This document shows, in pieces, positions 48,948 through 60,160 of a stretch of DNA of 64,000 nucleotides (position 1 is its first letter; each line of letters begins with the position of its first letter). The translations under genes were made by a program, and so were the position numbers. Source of the stretch: Phycisphaerae bacterium (GTDB lineage: Bacteria > Planctomycetota > Phycisphaerae > SM23-33); NCBI GenBank assembly GCA_046541875.1, contig JBKHCL010000003.1:598-64597 (forward strand). The letters are read 5' to 3'. The notes under the pieces are model-generated. The model made no database searches, had not been told where the DNA came from, and saw only the letters and a program-made list of their open reading frames with translations.

Positions 48948-49016
48948 TCGGCCCCGGGAGACGCCCAGCGGCGCCCCGCACCACACAGAACCCGATCCAT
49001 CAGACAGGAGAGCACC

Positions 49017-50327
49017 ATGGCTGACTTCTTCCAGGGCGTTGACAAAATCCAGTACGAAGGCCCGGACTCGAAGAACCCCCTCGCCTTCAAGCACTACAAC
49101 CCCCAGGAGGTCGTCGAGGGCAAGACGATGGCCGACCAGTTGCGGTTCGCCGCGGCGTACTGGCATACGCTGTGCAACGGCGGGGCCGACCCGTTCGGCG
49201 TGGACACCCGCATCATGCCCTGGAACGTCGAGGACCCCATGGAATCGGCCCGCAACAAGGTCGACGCGATGTTCGAGTTCTGCTCGAAGCTCGGGCTGAA
49301 GTTCTACTGCTTCCACGATCGCGACGTGGCCCCGGAGGGCAAAGACTTCACCGACAGCTGCCGGAACCTCGACGAGATCGTCAAGCTCCTCAAGGCCAAG
49401 CAGGAAGAAACGGGCATTACCCCGCTGTGGGGCACGGCGTGCCTGTTTGTGCATCCGCGGTTCATGCACGGGGCGGGCACCAGCTGCAACGCCGACGTCT
49501 TCGCTTACGCCGGGGCCCAGGTCGCCAAGGCCATCGAGGTCACCCACGAGCTCGGCGGGCAGGGATATGTCTTCTGGGGCGGCCGGGAGGGCTATAAAAG
49601 CCTGCTGAACACCGACATGGGTCGCGAGCTGGACCACCTGGCCAAGCTGCTGCACCTGGCCGTCGAGCACAAAAAGGCCATCGGCTTCGACGGGCCGTTC
49701 TACATCGAGCCCAAGCCCAAAGAGCCCACCAAGCACCAGTACGATTTCGACGCGGCTGCCGTCCTGGGCTTCCTCCGCAAGTACGACCTCACCGAGCCTT
49801 TCAAGCTCAACATCGAGGCCAACCACGCCACGCTCGCCCAGCACAGCTTCCAACACGAGTTGGAGTTCGCGGTGGCCAACGACATGCTCGGCTCGGTGGA
49901 CGCCAACCGCGGCGACCTGCTGCTGGGCTGGGATACCGACCAGTTCCCCACCGACCTGTACGACACGACGGCTGCGATGCTGAGCATTCTCAAGGGCGGC
50001 GGGTTCACCACCGGGGGGCTGAACTTCGACGCGCACGTGCAGCGCGAGAGCATCGAGCCGGTCGACCTCTTCCACGCCCACGTCGGCGCGATGGACGCGT
50101 TCGCCCGCGGCCTGAAGATCGCCGCAGCCATCCGGGCCGACGGCGTGCTCAGTGATTTCGTGGCGGAGCGCTACAGCAGTTGGGATAGCGGAATCGGCGC
50201 GAAGATCGAAGCCGGCGACGTCTCCCTCGAAGACCTCAAAACCTACATGGCCGACAAGGGCAATCCCGACGCCAACGCCTCCGGCAGAGTGGAAATGCTG
50301 GAGAACATCGTGAATGAGTATATTTAG
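49017..50327 (+). CDS. xylA: Xylose isomerase
   Basis: CAGGAGAG RBS. Full-length collinearity with class II xylose isomerases ([60 protein letters not shown]). Confidence 0.95.
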   Translation: MADFFQGVDKIQYEGPDSKNPLAFKHYNPQEVVEGKTMADQLRFAAAYWHTLCNGGADPFGVDTRIMPWNVEDPMESARNKVDAMFEFCSKLGLKFYCFHDRDVAPEGKDFTDSCRNLDEIVKLLKAKQEETGITPLWGTACLFVHPRFMHGAGTSCNADVFAYAGAQVAKAIEVTHELGGQGYVFWGGREGYKSLLNTDMGRELDHLAKLLHLAVEHKKAIGFDGPFYIEPKPKEPTKHQYDFDAAAVLGFLRKYDLTEPFKLNIEANHATLAQHSFQHELEFAVANDMLGSVDANRGDLLLGWDTDQFPTDLYDTTAAMLSILKGGGFTTGGLNFDAHVQRESIEPVDLFHAHVGAMDAFARGLKIAAAIRADGVLSDFVAERYSSWDSGIGAKIEAGDVSLEDLKTYMADKGNPDANASGRVEMLENIVNEYI

Positions 50328-50456
50328 TTGTTAGTCGTTAGTCGTTAGCAACCAGCAGCTGGCAACTGGTCGTAGGTTAGGCACTTGCGTTTACCTTGCG
50401 TGCTGCAGATCGGTTTGGTGGTGGATTCGGTCCTCCCGGGGCGGTACGCTTGGGGC

Positions 50457-50939
50457 ATGACGGCAGCGACGCGACAGAAGGGCACATTCTGGCTGGTGTT
50501 GGTGTGTGTGGCGGGGACGCTGGCTGGGTGCGCGTCGAGCGGCGATCCGGGGGGCGATTCAGATGGCGTGGTGGTTCTGACCCCGGCCGAGGCGCGGGAG
50601 TTGATCGAGCGGGAGGACGATCTGTTCGTTCTGAGCGTCTGCCACAAGTGGGAGTTCGACTACTACCGCATTCCGGGCAGCGCGATGGTTCCGCATCATC
50701 TGCTGGCGTCGTGGCTGGGCGGGGCGGAGCTGTACCCCGAGATCAACCAGGGGCGTCGGCCGAGGAAGGATCAGCCGGTGCTGCTGTACTGTTCGACGGG
50801 CGGGCGAACGCGGAAGGCCTCGAAGCAGATGGCCCGTATGGGGTACGAGACGGTATACGTGCTGGGCGGGGGCATGCGCGACTGGATGCGCGCGGGGATT
50901 CCATATGACAAGACGACGCTGGTCGAGGAGGACCGATAG
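50457..50939 (+). CDS. Rhodanese-domain lipoprotein
   Basis: Signal peptide with lipobox (VAGTLAGC). Rhodanese fold with active-site loop CSTGGRTR. Confidence 0.75.
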   Translation: MTAATRQKGTFWLVLVCVAGTLAGCASSGDPGGDSDGVVVLTPAEARELIEREDDLFVLSVCHKWEFDYYRIPGSAMVPHHLLASWLGGAELYPEINQGRRPRKDQPVLLYCSTGGRTRKASKQMARMGYETVYVLGGGMRDWMRAGIPYDKTTLVEEDR

Positions 50940-51134
50940 CGTCGGGTTGTGGACGAAAGGTCGACTTACCGGTGGCGTAAGTATCGGTTTTGCAAGGTGT
51001 TGCCTCGTGGGTCCGCGGGCGGGGTGTGTTCGCCGGGGAAAATGGACCGGAGCGGGGTTGAAGTTTCGCCCGGATCGGTCCATAATGAAGCGCTACACTC
51101 AAGTTGCTCTGACAAGTGAAGAAGAGGATTGTGA

Positions 51135-51878
51135 ATGCATACGGATCTCGGGGCGTTGCTGACGCTTCAGAACATTGAGCGTCAACTGGCACAGGTGCGA
51201 TCTCGGCTGAAACGTCGGCAGAATGCGGTCAACGTCCAGCAGAGGCGGATCGACAAGCTACAGGAAGAGTACGACGCGTTGCACGCGCGTGCGATGGAAG
51301 CCCGGAAGTCCGCCGACGCGCTGGAGTTGGGGCTCAAGAGCAAGGCCGAGAAGATTGCCCATCTGCGCGAGGCGCTCAACAACGCCAAGTCCAATAAGGA
51401 ATACGCGGCCCTGCTGACGGAGATCAACACCCACAAGGCCGACAACGCCGGGGTGGAGGAGCAGGTTCTCACGCTGATGCAGGAAGCCGAAACCATCACC
51501 GAGCAGGCCGACGAGGTCAAGCAGAAGATCGAACCCGAGCGGGAGAAGCTCGCGGAGATCCAGGCCAACTCGCAGGCCGAGATCGACAAACTCTCGGCGA
51601 TGGTTGCCGAACTGGAGAAGAAGCGCGACGCCGCGGCGGAGGGGATCTCCCCGGAGGTGATGACGGTCTTCGAGCGGATCGCCGAGCGGTACGAGGGCGA
51701 GGCGATGGCCCCGGTGGAGGTAATGGGACGCAAGCCCCCCTACGATTACGTCTGCGGAGGCTGCTACATGGCCCTGACGGCAGAGCATGCCAACGCCCTG
51801 CGGATGCGCGACGAGATCCGGCGGTGCGACAACTGCGGCCGAATCCTCTACATGGACGAAGATCCGGCCAAGACGTGA
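51135..51878 (+). CDS. Coiled-coil zinc-ribbon protein (COG1579/DUF164-type C4 zinc ribbon)
   Basis: GAAGAGGA RBS. Long coiled coil followed by a C-terminal CGGC...CDNCGRIL zinc ribbon. This family is commonly found beside rnhA. Confidence 0.8.
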   Translation: MHTDLGALLTLQNIERQLAQVRSRLKRRQNAVNVQQRRIDKLQEEYDALHARAMEARKSADALELGLKSKAEKIAHLREALNNAKSNKEYAALLTEINTHKADNAGVEEQVLTLMQEAETITEQADEVKQKIEPEREKLAEIQANSQAEIDKLSAMVAELEKKRDAAAEGISPEVMTVFERIAERYEGEAMAPVEVMGRKPPYDYVCGGCYMALTAEHANALRMRDEIRRCDNCGRILYMDEDPAKT

Positions 51879-51881
51879 GAT

Positions 51882-51903
51882 CCGCCCGCGGGCGGTTTTT
51901 TTG
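51882..51903 (+). terminator. Rho-independent terminator
   Basis: CCGCCCGCGGGCGG hairpin followed by TTTTTTTG, immediately after the stop at 51876-51878. Confidence 0.55.
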
Positions 51904-51942
51904 TGTGAGGCGGGGCTTCTTTGGCAAGGACGCGACACGGGC

Positions 51943-52401
51943 ATGAGTGAGCAAGACCTTTCTGTCATCATCCACACCGACGGCGGGGCGAGGGGCAATC
52001 CCGGACCGGCCGGGGCGGGGTTCGTTATCGTGGACGCCGCCGACAACCAGCCCATATTCGAGGGCGGACTGTTTCTCGGGCGGGCGACCAACAACGTGGC
52101 CGAGTACAAGGGTGTCATCGGCGCGCTGCGGGTGGCTTCCAGGTTGGGTGCTTCCCGCGTGACGCTCCAGAGCGACTCGCAGTTGCTGGTCCGGCAGATC
52201 AACGGGCAATATCGCGTGAAGAACGCCGGCCTCAAACCGCTCTACGAGCAGGCCAAGCAGTTGCAGGCCGGGTTCGATTCCTGCGAATTCCGCCACGTTC
52301 GTCGCGAAGAAAACACCGACGCCGACCGTCTGGTGAACCGGGCGATCGACGCGAAGAAACACGTCGAGGGTGCCGCCGACTGGGCGGACATCCTGGCGTA
52401 A
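51943..52401 (+). CDS. rnhA: Ribonuclease HI
   Basis: IHTDGGARGNPGPAGAGFVI, ...NNVAEYKG..., ...LQSDSQLLVRQINGQYRVKN... and the C-terminal DADRLVNRA are canonical RNase H motifs. Confidence 0.9.
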   Translation: MSEQDLSVIIHTDGGARGNPGPAGAGFVIVDAADNQPIFEGGLFLGRATNNVAEYKGVIGALRVASRLGASRVTLQSDSQLLVRQINGQYRVKNAGLKPLYEQAKQLQAGFDSCEFRHVRREENTDADRLVNRAIDAKKHVEGAADWADILA

Positions 52402-52438
52402 CACATCCGCCGTCGTTGACATGAAAGGGAGACACATA

Positions 52439-53185
52439 ATGGCTGTTGAGCAAACGTCCAAGCCGAGAGCGTCCGGGCTCTGGTACCTCGTGGCGGTGTT
52501 GCTGATCGTCGGGGGGATCGCCTACGGGGGATATCTCGCCGCACAGGCCGTCATGGGAAGTGTGGAGAGCTTCACCGAGGGCGATGGCGAAATCATCCAG
52601 AAGGTCGGCGTGCCCGTTCCCGTCACCGACGAAGTGGTCACGCTGCCCCAGCCCGGGGAGTACATCGTGTACGTCGCCTTCGAAGGCAACGAGGATCTCG
52701 ACAACGAGGACCCGGCCTTGAAAAAACTCGCTCGGGACGTCTACGTCGCGGTCAAACCGACCGAGCCCAGCGGGTCGGTCAGCATGTCGCCGATATCGGT
52801 AAACATGACGTACCATATGAACAACAAGGTGGGGTTCGGCGTGTTCAGCCTCGATTCGGGCGACGCCAACCAGGTGACCATGACCACCGCCCTGAACGCC
52901 GACGAATTGTCCGGCGACGCAGCCAGTGCGATGGGCCGCGTGGACAACGTCCAGATTGTCGTGGCGAGGTTCAATGACGGCGGGCTGGTGGGCAACCTGC
53001 AGTCGGCCGGCCTGGTGGCAGGCGGGGGAATCGTGCTGGGTATCGTGGTGATCATCATCACGGCTGTCCGTCGCTCGCGCAGCAGCGGGGCAGTGGCTGA
53101 TCCGTACCAGAACAGCCCGGCCGGGCAGTCGCCGCCTCGCATACCGGAGCAGGGACCACCCCCGGCGCCGCCGAGGCAGCAGTAG
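52439..53185 (+). CDS. Membrane-anchored hypothetical protein (N- and C-terminal TM helices, Pro-rich tail)
   Basis: AAAGGGAGA RBS. TM helices LWYLVAVLLIVGGIAYGGYL and GGGIVLGIVVIIITAV, then a C-terminal PPRIPEQGPPPAPP tail. Confidence 0.65.
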   Translation: MAVEQTSKPRASGLWYLVAVLLIVGGIAYGGYLAAQAVMGSVESFTEGDGEIIQKVGVPVPVTDEVVTLPQPGEYIVYVAFEGNEDLDNEDPALKKLARDVYVAVKPTEPSGSVSMSPISVNMTYHMNNKVGFGVFSLDSGDANQVTMTTALNADELSGDAASAMGRVDNVQIVVARFNDGGLVGNLQSAGLVAGGGIVLGIVVIIITAVRRSRSSGAVADPYQNSPAGQSPPRIPEQGPPPAPPRQQ

Positions 53186-53255
53186 CCCGGCGGAGCGTGT
53201 AGAATGTAGTCAACGCAGACGAAGCGCCCGCCACGAGCGGGCGCGGAGGTGGCGA

Positions 53256-55043
53256 TTGCCGCTGTTTTCCGAACAGTTCATCAACCAGGTCGCCCAGGCG
53301 ACGGACATCGTCGAGCTGGTCTCCCAGTACGTCGCCGTGAAGAAGCGTGGCAGGGAGTTTGTCGGCCTGTGTCCGTACCATGACGACAAGTCGCCGTCGA
53401 TGTACGTCACGCCCACCAAGCAGATCTTCAAATGCTTCGCGTGCGGCGCCGGCGGGGGCGTGTTCCAGTGGATGATGATGTACGAAAAAATGTCCTTCCC
53501 CGAGGCGGTCCGCGCCCTGGCCGAGCGGGCGAACATTCCGCTGCCGGAGGCGTCGGCCGGCCCGCGTCGGCCGGACGGCGAGCCCTCCAAAAGCGATCTG
53601 CTGGCCGTGATGGGATTCGCCGAGACGTTCTTCCGTCGGCAGCTCAAAAGCCCTGCCGGCAAGGCGGCGCTGGACTATGTCTACTCGCGCAAGCTCACGG
53701 ACGAATCGCTGGACCGTTTCGGCGTGGGGTTCGCTCCGGACACCTGGGACAGCCTCGCGCGGGCGGCCCGGAGCGAGGGCATCTCCGAGCGGATGCTGCT
53801 GGCGGCAGGGCTGGTGTCCCAACGCAACCAGGGCGGCGTGTACGACCGGTTCCGCAATCGGCTGATCCTGCCGATTTACGACGCAATGGGCCGATGCATC
53901 GCTTTTGGCGGGCGGGCAATGGACCCCGAGGACAACGCGAAGTATCTCAACTCGCCCGAGACGATGCTGTTCGACAAGTCCTCGAACCTCTACGCCCTCA
54001 ACTGGGCCCGCGACGCGATTGTCCGCAGCGGAACCGCCGTCGCGGTGGAAGGCTACTTCGATGCCCTGATGCCCATCCAACTGGGCGCAGAGAACGTCGT
54101 AGCCACCCTGGGAACCGCCCTGACCGAGCGGCACGTTCGGCTGCTCTCGCGATACGCCGATGACGTCGTGCTCGTGTTCGACGCCGACGAAGCCGGCACG
54201 AAGGCCGCTGAGCGAGCGCTGGAAACCTTCCTCGCCCAGCAGGTGCAGGTGCGGGTGGCGACGATTCCCCAAGGAAAGGACCCGTGCGATTTCTGCCTGG
54301 CCGAGGGCGTCGAGGCGTTCGGCGAACTGATCGACAACGCCCCGGACGCCCTTCAGTACGTCTGGGACCGACGCCTGGCAGCCTTCCGGCAGGCCGGCGG
54401 GAACCTCGCCGACCGGCAGCGCGTGGTGGAGGAGTTCCTCCGCCTGGTCGCCTCCAGCGAGGTGTACGGCGCGATCGACGAAGTCCGGCGGGGGCAACTC
54501 GCCCAGCACATCGGGCATATCCTGAACGTCCCCGCCTCGGAGCTGCAGCAGCAGATGAAACGCCTCACCCGGCGGATCCAGCGACAAAGCGGTGGCCCGG
54601 CGCCCCTCGAGGGCGCCTACCAGGGTCGGGCGCCGACGGCAGGGCCGGAACAATATCTGCTGGAAGTGATCCTCGCCGAGCCCGATCTGTTCGACCAGGC
54701 GGCTGAACGTGTTCATCCGCAAGACTTTACCGAGCCTCGCCTGCGATGGCTGGCCGAGCGTCTCTGGGCGCGCGGCGAGCGGGGCCCGTTGCGGTTGGAC
54801 GAGTTGCTCCGCGACCCGGAATTGTCCGACTCTGCCGGGTGGATCGTGCAACTCAGCGAAGCCGGCGAACGTCGGGGCAACAACGAAGCCACCCTCCGCG
54901 GCGTGCTGGATGTGCTGGCCCACCGGCAATCCGACGCCGAACTGCGTAGATTGAAGGAGCAGGGCCTCAATGACGACGCCCTTCGGCGGGTCGAGCAGAG
55001 CGCCCGGGGCGCCAACCCGCGGAGACTGCCGAGAATCATGTGA
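53256..55043 (+). CDS. dnaG: DNA primase
   Basis: TTG start 5 nt after GGAGGTGG. Zinc-ribbon CPYHDDKSPSM...CFACG, the RNA-polymerase core and a Toprim domain (EGYFDAL, VFDADEAG). Confidence 0.9.
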   Translation: MPLFSEQFINQVAQATDIVELVSQYVAVKKRGREFVGLCPYHDDKSPSMYVTPTKQIFKCFACGAGGGVFQWMMMYEKMSFPEAVRALAERANIPLPEASAGPRRPDGEPSKSDLLAVMGFAETFFRRQLKSPAGKAALDYVYSRKLTDESLDRFGVGFAPDTWDSLARAARSEGISERMLLAAGLVSQRNQGGVYDRFRNRLILPIYDAMGRCIAFGGRAMDPEDNAKYLNSPETMLFDKSSNLYALNWARDAIVRSGTAVAVEGYFDALMPIQLGAENVVATLGTALTERHVRLLSRYADDVVLVFDADEAGTKAAERALETFLAQQVQVRVATIPQGKDPCDFCLAEGVEAFGELIDNAPDALQYVWDRRLAAFRQAGGNLADRQRVVEEFLRLVASSEVYGAIDEVRRGQLAQHIGHILNVPASELQQQMKRLTRRIQRQSGGPAPLEGAYQGRAPTAGPEQYLLEVILAEPDLFDQAAERVHPQDFTEPRLRWLAERLWARGERGPLRLDELLRDPELSDSAGWIVQLSEAGERRGNNEATLRGVLDVLAHRQSDAELRRLKEQGLNDDALRRVEQSARGANPRRLPRIM

Positions 55044-55147
55044 TGTCCGCATCGCGTGGCCGAAATGTCGACGGAAAATGAACCGTCATGCGGCCTGGGG
55101 GGCGGAGAAACCGAATAAACTGTAGAGGAATGTGCCCGGTTGCCCGA

Positions 55148-55177
55148 TTGACATGGGGGAATGCGACCGCCTAAAAT
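55148..55177 (+). promoter_or_regulatory. Putative sigma70-type promoter of rpoD
   Basis: TTGACA, an 18-nt spacer, then TAAAAT, about 65 nt upstream of the rpoD ATG. Confidence 0.45.
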
Positions 55178-55241
55178 ACAGAGTTCACACACTTACGAGA
55201 AGGCGTGAGCCTTTTCCCCCTGACAGCAGGAGTCCTGACTG

Positions 55242-56891
<1,650 letters not shown>

Positions 56892-56930
56892 CTGCCCGGG
56901 CAGCATGCCCATCACAACGAGTACTCTCTC

Positions 56931-56959
56931 GGCCCCGCTGCCTCGCGGGGTCGATTTTC
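56931..56959 (+). terminator. Putative intrinsic terminator downstream of rpoD
   Basis: CCCCGC tgcctc GCGGGG stem-loop followed by TCGATTTTCT. A 12-bp palindrome CTGCCCGGGCAG sits immediately after the stop. Confidence 0.4.
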
Positions 56960-57160
56960 TGCGCAAATCGTAACCGTTCGGCGTCTCTGCGTGTTGCATC
57001 CGTTGCCATGGCTGTGCGTTATGGATGTTACGGAAAACGTCGAGCACTTGCGGGTAACGCCGTCCCAGCTAAAGCATCGCCTGCGTCGGGTCGATGGAAT
57101 ACATGGATCGGAAACCCCGCAACGGAGGAGTCAGCCGGAGGGCTGATCAGGAGGAAGTGA

Positions 57161-58186
57161 ATGTCGAACGCCTTTCCCAGGGTGTTGGTAGTCGATGATG
57201 ACGTGCGCCTGGGCCGCGCTGTGGAAGAGGGCCTCAAGGCACGCGGCCAAGGCTGCCTCGTCGTCAATGGCGCAATCCGCGCCCGCCAACTCATGCACCG
57301 CCACACGTTCGACGTGCTCGTCACCGACGTGTCGATGCCCGTGGCCACCGGCCTGGAACTGCTCGACGACGCCCTGGAACTCAACCCCGACTGCCGCGTG
57401 ATCCTCATCACCGGGATCCGATCGGCCCGCTGCCTGGCCCGTGCGCTGGAAGCGGGCGCGTACGACTTTCTTCACAAACCCTTTGAAGTCAGCGAATTGG
57501 CGAGAGTCGTCAAAGCCGCCCTGGATGGCGGGATCGCCCCGGCCCTGTCGCTGCGGGCTGCCAAGGCACTCGAGCAGAAGCAGGTCACCGGGCAGGCCGG
57601 TCTGGAAGCCGTCGGTGCGCTGGTCAAGGCCGTCGAGGCCAAGGACCCCTGCACCTGCCGACACAGCGAGCACGTAGCCCACTACGCGGTCGCACTGGCG
57701 GATCTTCTGGGCCTGGGTAGCAGCGAGACCGAACGCATCCGGACGGCCGCCATGCTGCACGACGCCGGGAAGATCGGCATCCCCGACCGCATTCTCACCA
57801 AGCCAGGACGCCTGGACGACAGCGAGTTCGGGCGCATTCGTCGCCACCCAGCCATCGGGGCCGAGATCCTCGAGAACATCGCCATGTTCTCCCAGGAGGC
57901 CGGGCTGATCCGCTACCACCACGAACGGTGGGACGGGACGGGCTACTCCGAAGGCCTGCGCGGCGAGCAGATCCCGCTGGGCGCCCGGATCATTGCCATC
58001 GCCGACGCCGTCGATGCCATGCTCATGCGACGCAGCTATAAGGCCCCGTTCACCGTCGAACAGACCGTCGCCCAACTCGAACAGGGGAGCGGCACGCAGT
58101 TCGACCCGAACCTCGCTGCCGTCGCGGCAAGGTGGGTCCGCGAAAACCCCGACCAGGTCATCCTCCACGCCGACCAGGCCGCCTGA
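57161..58186 (+). CDS. Response regulator with receiver domain fused to an HD-GYP-type phosphohydrolase domain (GYS variant)
   Basis: CAGGAGGAAG RBS. Receiver domain VLVVDDD...FDVLVTDVSMP...K. HD domain CRHSEHVAHYA...LHDAGKIGIPD...HHERWDGTGYSEGL. Confidence 0.85.
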   Translation: MSNAFPRVLVVDDDVRLGRAVEEGLKARGQGCLVVNGAIRARQLMHRHTFDVLVTDVSMPVATGLELLDDALELNPDCRVILITGIRSARCLARALEAGAYDFLHKPFEVSELARVVKAALDGGIAPALSLRAAKALEQKQVTGQAGLEAVGALVKAVEAKDPCTCRHSEHVAHYAVALADLLGLGSSETERIRTAAMLHDAGKIGIPDRILTKPGRLDDSEFGRIRRHPAIGAEILENIAMFSQEAGLIRYHHERWDGTGYSEGLRGEQIPLGARIIAIADAVDAMLMRRSYKAPFTVEQTVAQLEQGSGTQFDPNLAAVAARWVRENPDQVILHADQAA

Positions 58187-58360
58187 GACCCACGCCTCCA
58201 GGGCGCATAGCGCCTTGCCCACACCCGCCATGTCGGCCGTCGGCACCGCCGGATCCCCATGGAGGAAAGATACAAGGCTGGGCACTTGTGCCCACCTTCC
58301 GGCTACGTCGGGGCGGCCTCGTTCGACGCGAATCGTCGGCGGCCATGTCCGGTCGAAGGG

Positions 58361-60094
58361 TCAGCGCGATTTGACGTTGTGCAGTTTGACCCAAGCTTCG
58401 GCCAACTCACGGTCGGCGATCCACAGCATATGCCGACGACGGTCGGCGGCGACGTCTTTGGCGGGATGGAGGTAGGACATCGGCTTGGGGGCGCCGTCGG
58501 CAAAGCGCTTGCGGAAGGCCTTCTCCTTGGCCTCCTTGTCGGCCTGGGTTGCCTTGGCTGCGGCGACTTCCTTTTCGGTGGCCTTGGCGAAGCCCGGCTC
58601 GACGTGACCCCAGGTGACGCTGTGCATCCGCAGCGCGAAGAGCATCGGGTACAGTCCCGGACGCATCGCGACGACCTGGTTGTGATCGACGGGCACACCG
58701 TTGAGCACGATCTGCAGTCGCACCGCCATGGAGTGATAGCCGACGATCTTTACGGTGCGCGCCTCGTCGACCTTCAGCACGGTGTAGCCAATGACGGTGA
58801 TCTGCTTGTTTTTTGGCTGCAGGCCGTGCTTCATCGTGAGGCCGCGGGGGTTGCCCTTCTCCCGTCGGCCGATCTCTTTGTCGGCGATCGGGGTGAAGGT
58901 GGCGGTCTTCCCGTCGATCTTGATGGTGTCGTCGGGCTTGGGGCGGAGGTCCTTGAACGCGCTGACGTCGACCATCGGATCGGTCTTCATTGCCCACGGG
59001 AGGTTCTTGGTCAGCAGCCACTTCGTGGGGCTCATAGGCACCTCGAAGGAGACCACCGGCACGCCGTCGGCGGGCTGGTAGTCCTTGGCGGGCGCAATTT
59101 CGACGTAGCCGTTAAGCTTCGGTCGATCGGCGTGGGGGTCCACCACGTAGCCATCCTTATCACACACCAAGTCCATGCGAGGCCGACCGAACGTATCTTC
59201 CACGGCGAAGGGTTCGATCAGGTAGCCGGTCGACGGATCGACCTTCTTGAGCTTGATCGGGGCGTTGGTGGCGTAGGCGTCGGCGGGCACGCGCAGCTCC
59301 ATCGCCTTGTCCACGAACAGGGCGAGGTAGTTCCACACGTCACGCACGCTGGTCTTGCCGGGATGCGACTTGCCCCAGCCCTTGGATCCGTGGGCATCGA
59401 CATAGTCGCCGTGGCCTACACCGTGTGCGACGATCTGGTGAGGCAGCACGTTGGTGTGCAAGCGGTAGTTCAGCAGCGACGGCCTGACGTGCTTGGCGAA
59501 CGTGCCGCCCCATTCCAGTTCACCGTTGGCGCTGCAGTGCAGGATGGTCTGGTCTTCGATGTTGGACCAGTCGGCCATCGGCCATTTGGGCGTCTCGGCG
59601 TGATAGTTGATGGTTGCGACCGTGCGGCCGGGATACTTCCACGCCATGTAGTATGGGAACTTGCCCATCGACGACTTGCCGAACGTCACCCACGGGGCGT
59701 GGGCGATCTCCTCGTGACCGACCTGCTTGGCGACGTGGGCGAGGATCTTCGGCACGTTGTCCAGATCGCTCTGCAGGGCGTACCGGAAGTAGATGATCGC
59801 CATACCATGCTTGGCGGCGACGGCACGGGTCTTCTCGTATTCGGCGAAGTGCTTGGAATCGGTGTTGGCCACAATCAGCAGCATGCCGCGGATCTTCTTT
59901 GCATCCTTCGGCACCCAGGCAAGGATGGGAGTCTGCTTCTTCTTTCGCTTGGCGTCGATCTTTGCCTGGATCGAGGCGGGCATGTCCATGCTGTACGGCC
60001 AGGGGTCCTTGCCTCCCTCGGCTGCAAAGGTTGCGTCCGGCGTTACTGCTGCGTACGCCAACATCACGATTATCAGGCTGCACAAACGTTTCAT
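58361..60094 (-). CDS. Secreted alpha/beta-hydrolase (esterase-like) fused to a C-terminal domain shared with the adjacent heparinase-like protein
   Basis: GAAGGGA RBS and signal peptide MKRLCSLIIVMLAYAAV. The N-terminal half is dienelactone-hydrolase/esterase-like. The C-terminal half (GVPVVSFEVPMSPTKWLL...DLRPKPDDT...VIGYTVLKVDEARTVKI...) aligns with aa ~330-520 of the 1011-aa protein. Confidence 0.75.
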   Translation of the reverse strand: MKRLCSLIIVMLAYAAVTPDATFAAEGGKDPWPYSMDMPASIQAKIDAKRKKKQTPILAWVPKDAKKIRGMLLIVANTDSKHFAEYEKTRAVAAKHGMAIIYFRYALQSDLDNVPKILAHVAKQVGHEEIAHAPWVTFGKSSMGKFPYYMAWKYPGRTVATINYHAETPKWPMADWSNIEDQTILHCSANGELEWGGTFAKHVRPSLLNYRLHTNVLPHQIVAHGVGHGDYVDAHGSKGWGKSHPGKTSVRDVWNYLALFVDKAMELRVPADAYATNAPIKLKKVDPSTGYLIEPFAVEDTFGRPRMDLVCDKDGYVVDPHADRPKLNGYVEIAPAKDYQPADGVPVVSFEVPMSPTKWLLTKNLPWAMKTDPMVDVSAFKDLRPKPDDTIKIDGKTATFTPIADKEIGRREKGNPRGLTMKHGLQPKNKQITVIGYTVLKVDEARTVKIVGYHSMAVRLQIVLNGVPVDHNQVVAMRPGLYPMLFALRMHSVTWGHVEPGFAKATEKEVAAAKATQADKEAKEKAFRKRFADGAPKPMSYLHPAKDVAADRRRHMLWIADRELAEAWVKLHNVKSR

Positions 60095-60160
60095 CGGGTA
60101 TCCCTTCAAAGTCATCGAATCACATTTCATGTTCGGCTCGGCCGTCGCAAACGCAGCCCG

